Positions 39,466 through 49,806 of a stretch of 64,000 nt of DNA are shown here, piece by piece (positions within the stretch are counted from its first letter, which is position 1; each line of letters opens with the position of its first letter). The notes under the pieces were generated by a model. It was not told where the DNA came from. It ran no database searches and saw nothing but the letters and a program-made list of their open reading frames with translations. The DNA comes from Camelus ferus. Taxonomy: Eukaryota. Position numbers and translations under genes: made by a program. The stretch covers positions 11,968,001 to 12,032,000 of the forward strand of contig NC_045696.1 in NCBI RefSeq assembly GCF_009834535.1, written 5' to 3'.

Positions 39466-39825
39466 GTATTTGTTTCTGCTCATTTATACTAGAATATACT
39501 AGAACTTATAAAAATGGGCTTGGGGGGGCGTATATACCATTATCCTCTTTATTTTTTTAAAGCCTGTATTCCAGTTATCACGTATACACGTAGACATGTA
39601 TGCATATGCACACCAGCCCTCACACACGTGTGTGTGCACCCTTAAGTGGCTCTGAGCTGATCCATGCCCAGGGAGTAAGAAGCCTGGGAGCCAAGGATAA
39701 TGCTGCATCCATACTATCTTTCTCCTGGTCTGTGTTGTCCTTGTATGGCTGATGGAAGGATCTGGATGAGGGCAGATAGAAAATTAGAGAGGGAAGATTA
39801 CCAGATGAGGATAGTGCCAGGTGAT

Positions 39826-39940
39826 TTTTTTTTTTTTCACTGAAGTATAGTCAGTTTACAATGTTGTATCAATTTCCAGTGTACAGCACAGTGCTTCAGT
39901 CATACAGGAACATACATATTTTCGTTTTCATATTCTTTTT
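39826..39940 (-). mobile_element. Short young L1 3' end
   Basis: Poly-T + 'gaagtatagtcagtttacaatg…'; flanks ccaggtgat / cctggtgat. Confidence 0.82.
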
Positions 39941-40521
39941 CCTGGTGATGGTCTTGGTACTTGGAATTGCCAGTTAAGTGAACACCTTGATTACTTGGCT
40001 CTTTCTTCTGAATCTTAACATAGATGAGTAAATTTCCTTAGATGAATTCCTATGATAGTAACCCAGGAAATACTCACTTGCTCACAGGTTGTTAATAGAT
40101 ATTCTGCAAAATAAGATTGCATGATTATGAAAGTTTGGGAAACACTGAGTTCAATAAAGTCAAATTCATTTGTTGAATGGGTGAGTTGGAGTTCTTAACT
40201 TTGACCATAAAATGCATACTTTTTGGAGCATCTATGAATGTTTCCTGTATATCTTCAGAATGTGTACAAATATCGGAAGACATCATGGAGCTGAGAAATG
40301 AGTACATGTTTGAAGGATGTAGACCAGGGTTCCGATGATGCTCAAGCCACTCTGTCATCCACTAGACAACAGACCTGCCACTTAGAAAGAGAAACAAGCA
40401 TAAGAGTAATATACATACCCTTCCTCCAGGTTGCTGTGGTCATTAAATAATCTAATGTATGTAGAAGTGATTTTCAAATTTTGAAGCATTCTGCAAGTAT
40501 TAGTTATTAATAAACCCTCTA

Positions 40522-40825
40522 ATTTTTTTATTGTGGTGTAATATACATAATGTAAAATTGACCTGTTTTAACCATTTTTAGGTGTACAGGTCAATGGCAT
40601 CAAATATGTTCACATTGTTTTGAAACCATTGCCACCATCCATCTCCAGAACTTTTCTGTCTTCCCGAATTGAAACTCTGTACCCATTAAATTACTAACTC
40701 CCCCGTCCCCCAACCCCTAGCAACCACCACGCTACTTTCTCTCTCTGTGACTATCCTAGGTACTGCATATAAGGGGAAATCATACAATATTTGTCCTTAT
40801 TTCACTTAGTATAATGTCTTCAAGA
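40522..40825 (-). mobile_element. L1MB-like 3' end
   Basis: 'tttattgtggtgtaatatacataatgtaaaattgacc…aaccattgccaccatccatctccagaac…gaaactctgtacccattaaa'. Confidence 0.8.
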
Positions 40826-41041
40826 ATGTCTTCTAAGTTTCACAATGTGATATTTTAATTTAACTTCTTAATTCACTTACCCCTGGTGCCGTTCTTTTAA
40901 TACATAACATGATGAGAAAAGAATGAACAAACTCCCCGTGTTCCTCTAGAATAGTAAATGGGCTGTGCACCACGATTTTAGGAGGAGGGCTGTTAAGGAT
41001 GTGCCTTTAAGAAAAGCTGGTCAAGAATCTAGTCCAACCTC

Positions 41042-41381
41042 CAAGGAGTCCAGAGGTACAAATTTCCAGTTATAAGATAGGTAAGTACTAAGGATGTAAC
41101 GTACCTTTTGATAAATATAATTAACACAGTTGTACATTATATCAGAAGGTTGTTAAGATGTAAATCCTAAGAGTTCTTATCACAAGAAAACTTTTTTCTC
41201 TAATTCTTTAATTTTGTGTCTATATGAGATGATCGATGTTCTCTGAACATACTGTGGTGATCATTTCATGATGTATGTAAGTCAAACCATTATGCTGTAC
41301 ACCTTAAAACTTATACATACAGTGCTGTGTGTCAATTATATCCTAATAAAACTGGAAGAAAAAACGAATTTTAAAAAAGTT
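41042..41381 (+). mobile_element. Older L1MA-like 3' end
   Basis: 'gaggtacaaatttccagttataagat…tgctgtacaccttaaaacttata…gtcaattatatcctaataaaactggaag' plus an A-rich tail. Confidence 0.8.
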
Positions 41382-41396
41382 AAAAAGAAGGAATCT

Positions 41397-41545
41397 GCAC
41401 AGGGAACTATATTCAATATCTTGTAGTAACCTTTAATGAAAAAGAATAGGAAAATGAATATATGTATATATATGCATAACTGGGACATTATGCTGTACAC
41501 CAGAAATTGGCACATTGGAACTGACTATATTTCAATTAAAAAAAA
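41397..41545 (+). mobile_element. Young L1 3' end nested at the tail of the older L1
   Basis: 15-bp TSD aaaaagaaggaatct at 41382-41396 and 41546-41560. Confidence 0.88.
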
Positions 41546-43689
41546 AAAAAGAAGGAATCTAGTCCATCCTCACACTAGAACTAAGGTGACCCGGGCTCTC
41601 CTTGACAAAAGAGACCTGTTTTGTTTCTTCTTAAATCAGTATTTGAAATAGAAGAGACATGAGTTTCAACGCCTAAGTTATCTTCGTCATGTAGATGACT
41701 TATGCACAGGAAAGATTTTTTAAAATTTCGTATTTCATTGTTTTTACCTGTCTTAAAATAGTGGCTCTTGACTTGGGGCTTTTTGGGGGAAATCCTCTGT
41801 AACTTTTAGGATGACAGTTATCCATTTCAAAATTAAATAGCCTAAAACTGGAAGTGAACTGTCCTCGTTTATTTAAATAAGGCCTTTGAAATGTGTGTGT
41901 TTTCATTGGGATGAACATTCTCCTCTACATCATGATTTTATAGCAAGATTATTTTCAAATAACCATTATTAATTTTCAAAAGTAGAAATGTTTGCTTTTC
42001 TAAGTGTTTTTCAGTATTCTGATTATAGATTAAATGATTCCAAAATGATCATCATATTTTTTCCTGAGTAATCATAGCACTTGTTTTTAAAAAATCATAG
42101 TCAAATTTAACTGCCATCTTGTCCTGTGCTGTATATTCTTATAATCTAAATACATTTTTTTTTTAACTTTTGACCTGTTAAGGTCATATATTTCATTGTA
42201 AAAAGTATTAGCTTATCGGCCCACTCTTGGCAAAAACGTTTTCGTTAAACTGTACCTTTCATTTTTCATAGTGTTTTCAGAGCCCATCATAGACACCTAG
42301 CTGCTCTTGGGTCTTATACTGCGTTTTGGGGTCCTTGTCTCACCTTACCATCACCCTCCCCCGCCCCCTGCTCCAAGGTCCTTAAGACCCTTTAAAGAGC
42401 CTTGAGCCTTCCCCATCTCAGCCTCCCTGTGGAATCTTGGACTGAGCCATGCAGAGAAGGTGCTCAGCACAGACTGAAGTTGAATCGGGTTGAGCTGAAT
42501 TGAGATTGAGGTCTGGAGGCAATAATTGGAGGGATTTTTTCTTTTTTTTTAGATGAAAATCAGCATCAGGATCTTATTTACCTTCATGGAGAACCACACT
42601 GCGCTGGTACAGCACAGATGGCAGCCTGTTCCTGTGAGTGTGGGGACGGAGTGAGAGGAACAGAACGAAACAGGTGGCTCCAGAGCTGGCACCCCGGTGC
42701 CGACAGGAGTCCAGGCCGCGCGCAGTCCCAGCGTCCTCGTGCCTGCGCGTGTGAGCCGTTGGCAGGACTAGAAGGCGGATGTTATTTTGATCCCGGAGTT
42801 CTATTTAGTGAATACACTTGATTAATCCCCTTCTTTCTTCTCACGGATGCCGTTTTGAATGGAAAATCACTACTGGAAAAACAAACCCCTGCATCCATGA
42901 TGTACCCAGTACCCCCCCCCCCCCCCGCCCCCATTATATACCACACCCATCATTGGGCTCCTTTCTCTGCAGAGCCCAGCGTTTTGAAAGTGCTTACTCG
43001 GAGCTGAATTTTACTAAGGAGGAATCAGAAGCCATTGAGAAGCTAAGTGATCTGCCCAAGTTAACAAGCTTTCCTGTTGCTCCCGGAGGGATACCCATTG
43101 CCTACCTACTGGGCATGTTCTTTGGTTTGGTCCCTGAGAATTCAAGCTCCCTGCCCTGTAGAGAAGCAGAATTAGCACTCCTAAGCCAAGTGTCTCAGCT
43201 TGTTTTCTGTCAAAGGTGAATATTTTCAGAAAGGGGCACACTTAGGGCTTAGGAGGGCTGCGGTGACCCCTGAACCTCCCGAGGGTTGGTTTGGTTTGGT
43301 TTAAGTGTGGACTTGTCAGTTCCCACTAGCTGGGAGGAATTGCATTCCCAAAGTGCTTCATTAGTCATGAGCAGGGTGCAGGAGGGTGTCGAACAATCAC
43401 TCTGACCCTGCCCCTCGATCGCTGGGCTTTCAAGCTCAATGTTAAGCCCAGCTGCAACAGAATTGAAGGCTTGCTGGGGACACCCCCCACCCCCAACCTG
43501 CTGTGTGCTTGAAGTCTTGGCTCAGAGGTGGGAGAGGGTGGTAATTTCAGATCCAAGGCTAGAGCAGAAATGTCGCTGCAGGGAAGCTTCTGTACCTAGG
43601 ATACGTCATTTGTGTATGTGTGTGAGGGCTGGGGGAGGATTCAGGCGGGGGCTTGTGTACTTGTGTTTTCCAATCTGCAAATATGTTTT

Positions 43690-44011
43690 TTTTTTTAAGT
43701 TGAAGTATAGTCAGTTACAATGTGTCAATTTCTGGTGTACAGCATCATGTCCCAGTCATACATATATATACATATATTTGTTTTCATATTCTTTTTCATT
43801 AAAGGTTATTACAAGATATTGAATATAGTTCCCTGTGCTATACAGAAGAAATTTGTTTTTTATCTATTTTTATATATAGTAGTAAAGAAGAAAAATGAAG
43901 ACACTAATGAACTCATCTATAAAACAGAAACAGACTCAAAGACATAGTAAACAATCTTATGATTACCCAGGGAAAGGGGATGAGAAGGGATAAATTTGGG
44001 AGTTCGAGGTT
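43690..44011. mobile_element. 5'-inverted (twin-primed) young L1
   Basis: 43690-43883 is the 3' terminus on -; 43884-44018 is the adjacent upstream L1 segment on +; TSD tgca(a/g)atatgtttt at 43676-43689 and 44012-44025. Confidence 0.88.
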
Positions 44012-44397
44012 TGCAGATATGTTTTGATACTTTTCCATATTGAAGTAAAAGAGAGCCACCACTCTTGGTGATGTTGGCTTCTAGGAGACATGAGCTTGGA
44101 GAAATGCAGTTGTCTAGAAATACAGGGCACAAGGAACATCATGAAAGTCAGGCCATTGGTCTCAGTGACCCCTTCATGCCCTGAATCCTGGGATAAGTGT
44201 TACCAGGAACACCCCAAGTAGACCTTCTTTTCAGAGCTCAAATCAGGTGGACTTGTGGGCTGGTAGTCAGCCTAGAACACCTGCTCGGTATTCTGTTGTA
44301 GATGTTCTGTGTGGAAATGCATTTTATTCTTTTTGTTCCTTTGGCTGGTTGATATTGATACCATTACTAGGTCCTGGAGAAAAAGTCTACTGGGACA

Positions 44398-44833
44398 TGT
44401 GATGGTTAATTTTATATGTTAACTTGGCCAGACTGTGATGCCCAGTAAGTTGGCTAAACACCCATCTAGATGTTGCTGTGAGGTGTTTTTTAGATGTGAT
44501 TAGCATTTATATCAGACAGTGAGTAAAGCAGATTACTCTCCTCACCCAGTCACTTGAAGGCCTTGAAAGGAGACTGAGGTCCTCTAGAAGGAAGTGATTC
44601 CACGCTAGAGGCCTTTGGACTCAAGACAGCAGCATCAGCTCTTTCCCGGGTCTCCAGTCTGCTGGTTTGCCCTGCAGATGGTGGCTTTGCCAGGCCCTAC
44701 AATCTTATGAGCCAATTTCTTGAAATACTTATCCATCCATCCATCCATCCATCCATCCATCTGTCCATCCATGCATCTGTCCATGCATGTCCTGCTGTTG
44801 GTTTAGTTTCTTTGGAGAACCTTGACTAATACA
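44398..44833 (+). mobile_element. MLT2-family (ERVL) solo LTR with internal (TCCA)n
   Basis: Starts TGTGATGGTTAATTTTATATGT…, ends …GGAGAACCTTGACTAATACA, the characteristic MLT2 termini (TG…CA). Strand given relative to the usual library consensus. Confidence 0.85.
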
Positions 44834-47800
44834 GGGGCCATGTGCCATGGAAACTGATAAAAAGTCATGAGCTATGTATGGTCCCTTCCTTCATGGAACT
44901 TGTGATCCTACCAGAGGAGATACAAGTATTCAAATAAGTGGTAGCTGTGGGGATTCAGAAGGGAGTTGTGATGAAGAATATCTTGGAAGAAAAGACCTTT
45001 GCAATTTTTTTCAATAAAACTCTACAACATAAAAAGAGAATTAATTTCTAACCAGTCCATGTGCCATTTTATTTTGAGGGGGAAGGTGCGTATTTCATCT
45101 TAGAAAATCATACACATTTAAAATTTAATTTCCTTGTCAACTGCCCCAACACCCTTGCTCTCCCTAATCTCCTGAGTAAATCTTTGAGTAAAACTGATTT
45201 TTCAGAAGGACGTTGCTTTAGTCCTGTGACTCTGGTCTCTGCTGGATATGCCACGGCTGTTTGTATGTCATTTAGTGGTGCAGGGATTGAAGTTGTGACA
45301 TTTTTGAAGGACACTGAATGCATCTTGAATGTGCATTAGTTTGGGTTTGCAGTGATGTATGCATTGAGTGGTTTGGGCAGAAAATTGAGAGATATTAGTG
45401 ATGGGGATTAAAGGCAAAGAGACTTGGATTAAAAGGGTAAGAATAGAGGGACAGGATAGATACAGAAGATTCTTCAGGGACCTGGGAGAAAGGATAGGGG
45501 AAGAAGGGGAAGACACAAGGAAGGAAATTAACATTCGCGAAGCCCTAACTAAATGCCAAGGAAGAGTATCTTCACACGTTGTCTTGTTTGGTCTCCAGCA
45601 CAAACCTACAAGGTAGATTATTTTTACTGTTGGAGAAGGTGGTCCACAGGGATGTTAAGTAACTCGCTCAAGTTCACAGGGACATTAAATGGCAGACAAA
45701 GGCTAGCTCTGACTGAATCTAAACTCTGTTACATTTATAAATCTTGCTTCCTTCTGGGAGAGATCATAATGTAGAAAGTTTTGACCCTAAATGGGGTGTC
45801 AGAGTTGAGCTATCAACAGCATAGCCCTACAGAGGTGTCCAGAGAAGGAGAGAAAGAGGGATTTGTGCTGAAGACTGAGACTTAGGTGATGACAGTGTGG
45901 AAGGAAGTAAATACATTTGTTAAAGAGAAAAGTACTCCATGTGGAGAGTTAGGTAGAAGACTGTGGACAGAAACGACTGTTGGGCTGAGAGGTGTATCTG
46001 TGAAGTCTAAGGGCGTGGAATCCAAGGGAAGGGAGCATTATTCTGGAGGGAGGCAGAGCAGCAGAGTCAGATGCTGATCGGAGGTCTTGGCCACAGGAGG
46101 GCTCCTTTTGACACCAGTTTACCAGTGGGTTTCTGGATTGGAAGCTGGCGAGAAAGAGAGAGAGGATTTCTTCCAGAAGATGATACATTTTCTTCCCACC
46201 TACGAGGATCAAAATTTTATTTCAAAAATATTTCTCCGACATTTATGTTTATTAAAAATCAGCATAAACAAAACCTGTGCAAAAAATATCCCAAATCACA
46301 TATCATCGAAAATATTTTTTAAGATTTTTCTTTACATGTTGTTGTTAGCCTTTATTCTTCCAGGCTGTATAAACTGAAACTTCTTGACTTCTCGTCCTGG
46401 TGGGTCTGAGATTACACACACTGATAGTTGGAAAGGTATTTTTGCTTACTGCATCTTGGCCAATCCTTGTGTTGCCTGGCAGTGGCTAGGCATGAGGAAG
46501 TTGCAAAAATGAGCCCTTCCTTTTTTATATCATTTTCTTTTTCTATACGACATTGCTTCATTAACTACTGGTGAAGGGATATTGATTGCTGTCTTGATTG
46601 CAAAAACACAATTTAGTGGCTCCTAGTGAGAGCTAATGCTATCAGTAGATAATTTCAAGCAGCCTAAAGTTTTCAGCATGTGTCTACTGACCTGGTCTTC
46701 TGAGTGGTGGTATTAATCCCTTCTTGAAGATTCTGGGAGATTTTGACATTGCTATGATGTTGCTTTACAATGAGGCTGAGATGTAGGTAAAGTTAATGAG
46801 GCATTCCTATGAGTTTTCCACTCACTGTCTTTCCCGATTTTTTCTTAGTTTCCAGATCGGCTTTTTATGTCCTAGAACAGTGGTCTTCAATACTGGATAT
46901 ACGTGCAACATAATGTCCTTAGGGTGTGGGAAGGAAAGTTAAGAATTTATATTTCTCTCTACATTGTACGTTTCAATTCCTGTGTATTCTGTTCATTTCA
47001 AATAAATTATGCACATTCTAAATACCCACATATATTGAAAATATGCATAATTTATTTGAACAATAGCCCATGTATGTAACTTGTACGTTACTTAAATTCA
47101 TTCTGGTTTGGGTGGGCGTGCTTGGAACTATTTTATCGAGTGGGGAGCCCCATAAAGCCATTTGCACACTCGTGCCCTGGACAGGAGTGTGCTCATTCAC
47201 TGTGGGAAGAAGGCAGGGCCTGGTGTCTGTCTCACTCGCCTTGTGTGTGGTCTCACCGATATTACTTGGCAATGAATGTCAAGCTTTTTAAGCTGGTTGC
47301 TGTCATACAAGGAACAGATTTGCTTTGTGATTTTGTGTATCGGTTTTTCTGCGCGGGGACTTTGATGTATCACTGTTTCAGAAATGTTCCCATGGCTTCC
47401 CAGGAACCGTCTTTATGTTGAAAGAGGCTGGTTATCCTTTTATGACTTCAGGGAGGGGTGTATGTGCTTTGTTTGATTTTTTTTTTTTTCTTCTGCTTTT
47501 AAAAGTCCAGTGTGCAATGACTTTGGGTGCTTTTTATTTCTCTCCAACTTTGTTATTTGGCTGGGATGGGGATGAGTGTTAGGTTGTTACTCAGCCAAAA
47601 AGATTTTAAAGTAAGAACTGGTTTTCTATCTTGCATTTCTGGGATTCGTCTCAATGGAACTTTCTGCCTCAATCGAACCACCCACTTACTGTAAAACGAA
47701 TCCCCTCAGAGAGAATCTCATGGTGGTTCTTATTCTGATACTTACGGATATTGAGTTACCAAGTTAAAGATACGTGGAGTTCTTTTCAAGTACAAGGAGC

Positions 47801-48545
47801 ACAGAAACTTCTGGACCATCAGTCTCCTAATTTTAAAGAGAATAGATGGCCAGAAATGTCGGATTGAGTCCTTGTGGTCCCATAGTCCATGTCTTTGCTG
47901 CATCTCTGTGTCCCCATGGCCACGTGCCCCACTCCCAGCCACCCCTGTCCCGGTCACTCACAGAGCATAACTAACTCAGCGCATCGCCTGAGATCTCCCT
48001 GGTGTGCCCGGCTGTCAGCTTATCGTTTCACCCACTCACGTACGGAAAGGTGAAGTGATTGTCCTTAAACGCTACATTTCTTTGAAGCTGGTATCAAGCA
48101 CACTTATTTCTACTTTCCGGGTGCATTCCACTGTGATCTGTGCAGCTGTGCAACATCAGCCTTGCCGTCCGTGGTCTTGTTTAAATTATTAACCCAGCCT
48201 CAAGGCGTGAGTTAGGAGCAGAGTGGCTGTTCCTGTGGCCCTAGGGAGCTTTGGGGGCTGAACTCTAATCTGATTTACCTTTTAACTTTGTGGCACCAAA
48301 CCTGAGGCATCGTGCTTTTATTTTTGGGTTAAATTGTGGATGCTGTTCAATCCATTTGTTATTCCAGGTATTGGCTTAGTCAATAAAAGTGTAGCTGAGA
48401 TAGTGTTTTCAACTTGTGGCTCTCACAAGTTATCAGATGCGCGCGCGCGTGTGTATTTAAAGTTCTTTGATTATACAATGGAATTGGCCAATATTTGTGT
48501 CTCCATTTTGATATTCTTCTTGATCTAAGCATTTTGTGAGGATGT

Positions 48546-48632
48546 TTCCTTCCTTCCTTCCTTCCTTCCTTCCTTCCTTCCTTCCTTCCTTCCTTCCTTC
48601 CTTCCTCCTTCCTTCCCTCCCTCCCTCCTTTC
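48546..48632. repeat. (TTCC)n / (CCCT)n polypyrimidine microsatellite
   Basis: Directly visible; explains the spurious 'GRKE' repeat ORFs. Confidence 0.95.
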
Positions 48633-49649
48633 CTGAGATACTGTGTTCCAACTTTGGTTCTTTTGTGCTGAGGCCTTGTGTTAAATGGACACCAGATTTC
48701 CAGTAAGATCGCTGCTGGTGAATTTTGGCCCCTCAAACATACAACTTTTGAATTGGATGCCCCCTCTGAACTCACAAGTGGCAGGTGTTATTGTCACTGT
48801 CTGTTTTGTCAGTTACTCAGCTAGAAATGTCAGAGGCGTTTCCCCCCCTCTTTTTCTCCTTCCCTCCTCATTTCTCACAGGCATTCAGGTGGCTGTCAAG
48901 TCCTGGTGACTTTGCCTTTCTTATTGTTCCAAGGCTCTTACTGTCCAAGTTAAGGCCACCTTATCTCCTCCAGGCGCTGCCTGATGGGTTGGTTGCAAAA
49001 AGCTTCCACCTCCTCTCTCACGTTACGCAGGGGCGAGGGCTGGGGTGGATGGAGACCATGTCTGTTGATGTAACGCCCTTAATCCAGTACCGTCCAGTTT
49101 CTCTGTGTGGTGTCTGTAATCCCAGCCCATCTTTCACCTCCAGCTCCTTTCCAAGCCTGCACTTCTCCACAACGTTGGACTAGTGCTTTCATTCCTCAGA
49201 ACCTTTGTTCTTTTCTTGGAATGTTCTTTTTTTTTTCTCCCTGCAAACACCTTCCTATCCCTGTTCACTTCCTCCCATCCCTACAAGCCCAGCCACATTC
49301 TGTGAGCCCTTCAGGACTAGGTTTGACTGATCGCTTCCCCTGGCAGAACGGTTCTGTTTCTTCCCATTGTTCATGATTGAGAATGCCAGGTTAGCCTTTC
49401 AGCCTTATCTCATTGTGGATATGTGACCACAGTTTTCTCAGATTACCAGCATCATGAGAAAACGGTCTACTTCCTCATCCCATACCTAAACTAGATTCCC
49501 AATAAATGTTGGTTGAATTGCACTGACTAGATAACAATCAGGAAAGTTCTATGTAGACATTCTGCTTTACCCAAGTCACTCACAAGCAATTTTTAGAGAG
49601 CGATAACTATTTAAAAATCTATTTCTATATATTCTGTTTTTTATTACAT

Positions 49650-49806
49650 GCTAACAACTATAAGACACACCACTTTTTTATGTACCACTAAGCAAGAGGG
49701 AAAATGGTGCCAACGAAACCACACTCCACCACAGGTGCTTGTAAGACATACTAATTTCAAAGATGTTCAACATGAAAAATGTGTTTCTTAGAGCCAATAA
49801 AAATAA
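49650..49806 (-). mobile_element. Probable TcMar (MER104/Kanga-like) DNA transposon relic
   Basis: 'ttgtaagacatactaatttcaaagatgttcaacatgaaaaatgtgtttcttagagccaataaaaata' resembles the reverse of the MER104 terminus. Confidence 0.5.

Noticed and set aside
48380..48775. Repetitive 'GRKE' protein ORFs
   Set aside because: Translation of the (TTCC)n microsatellite.
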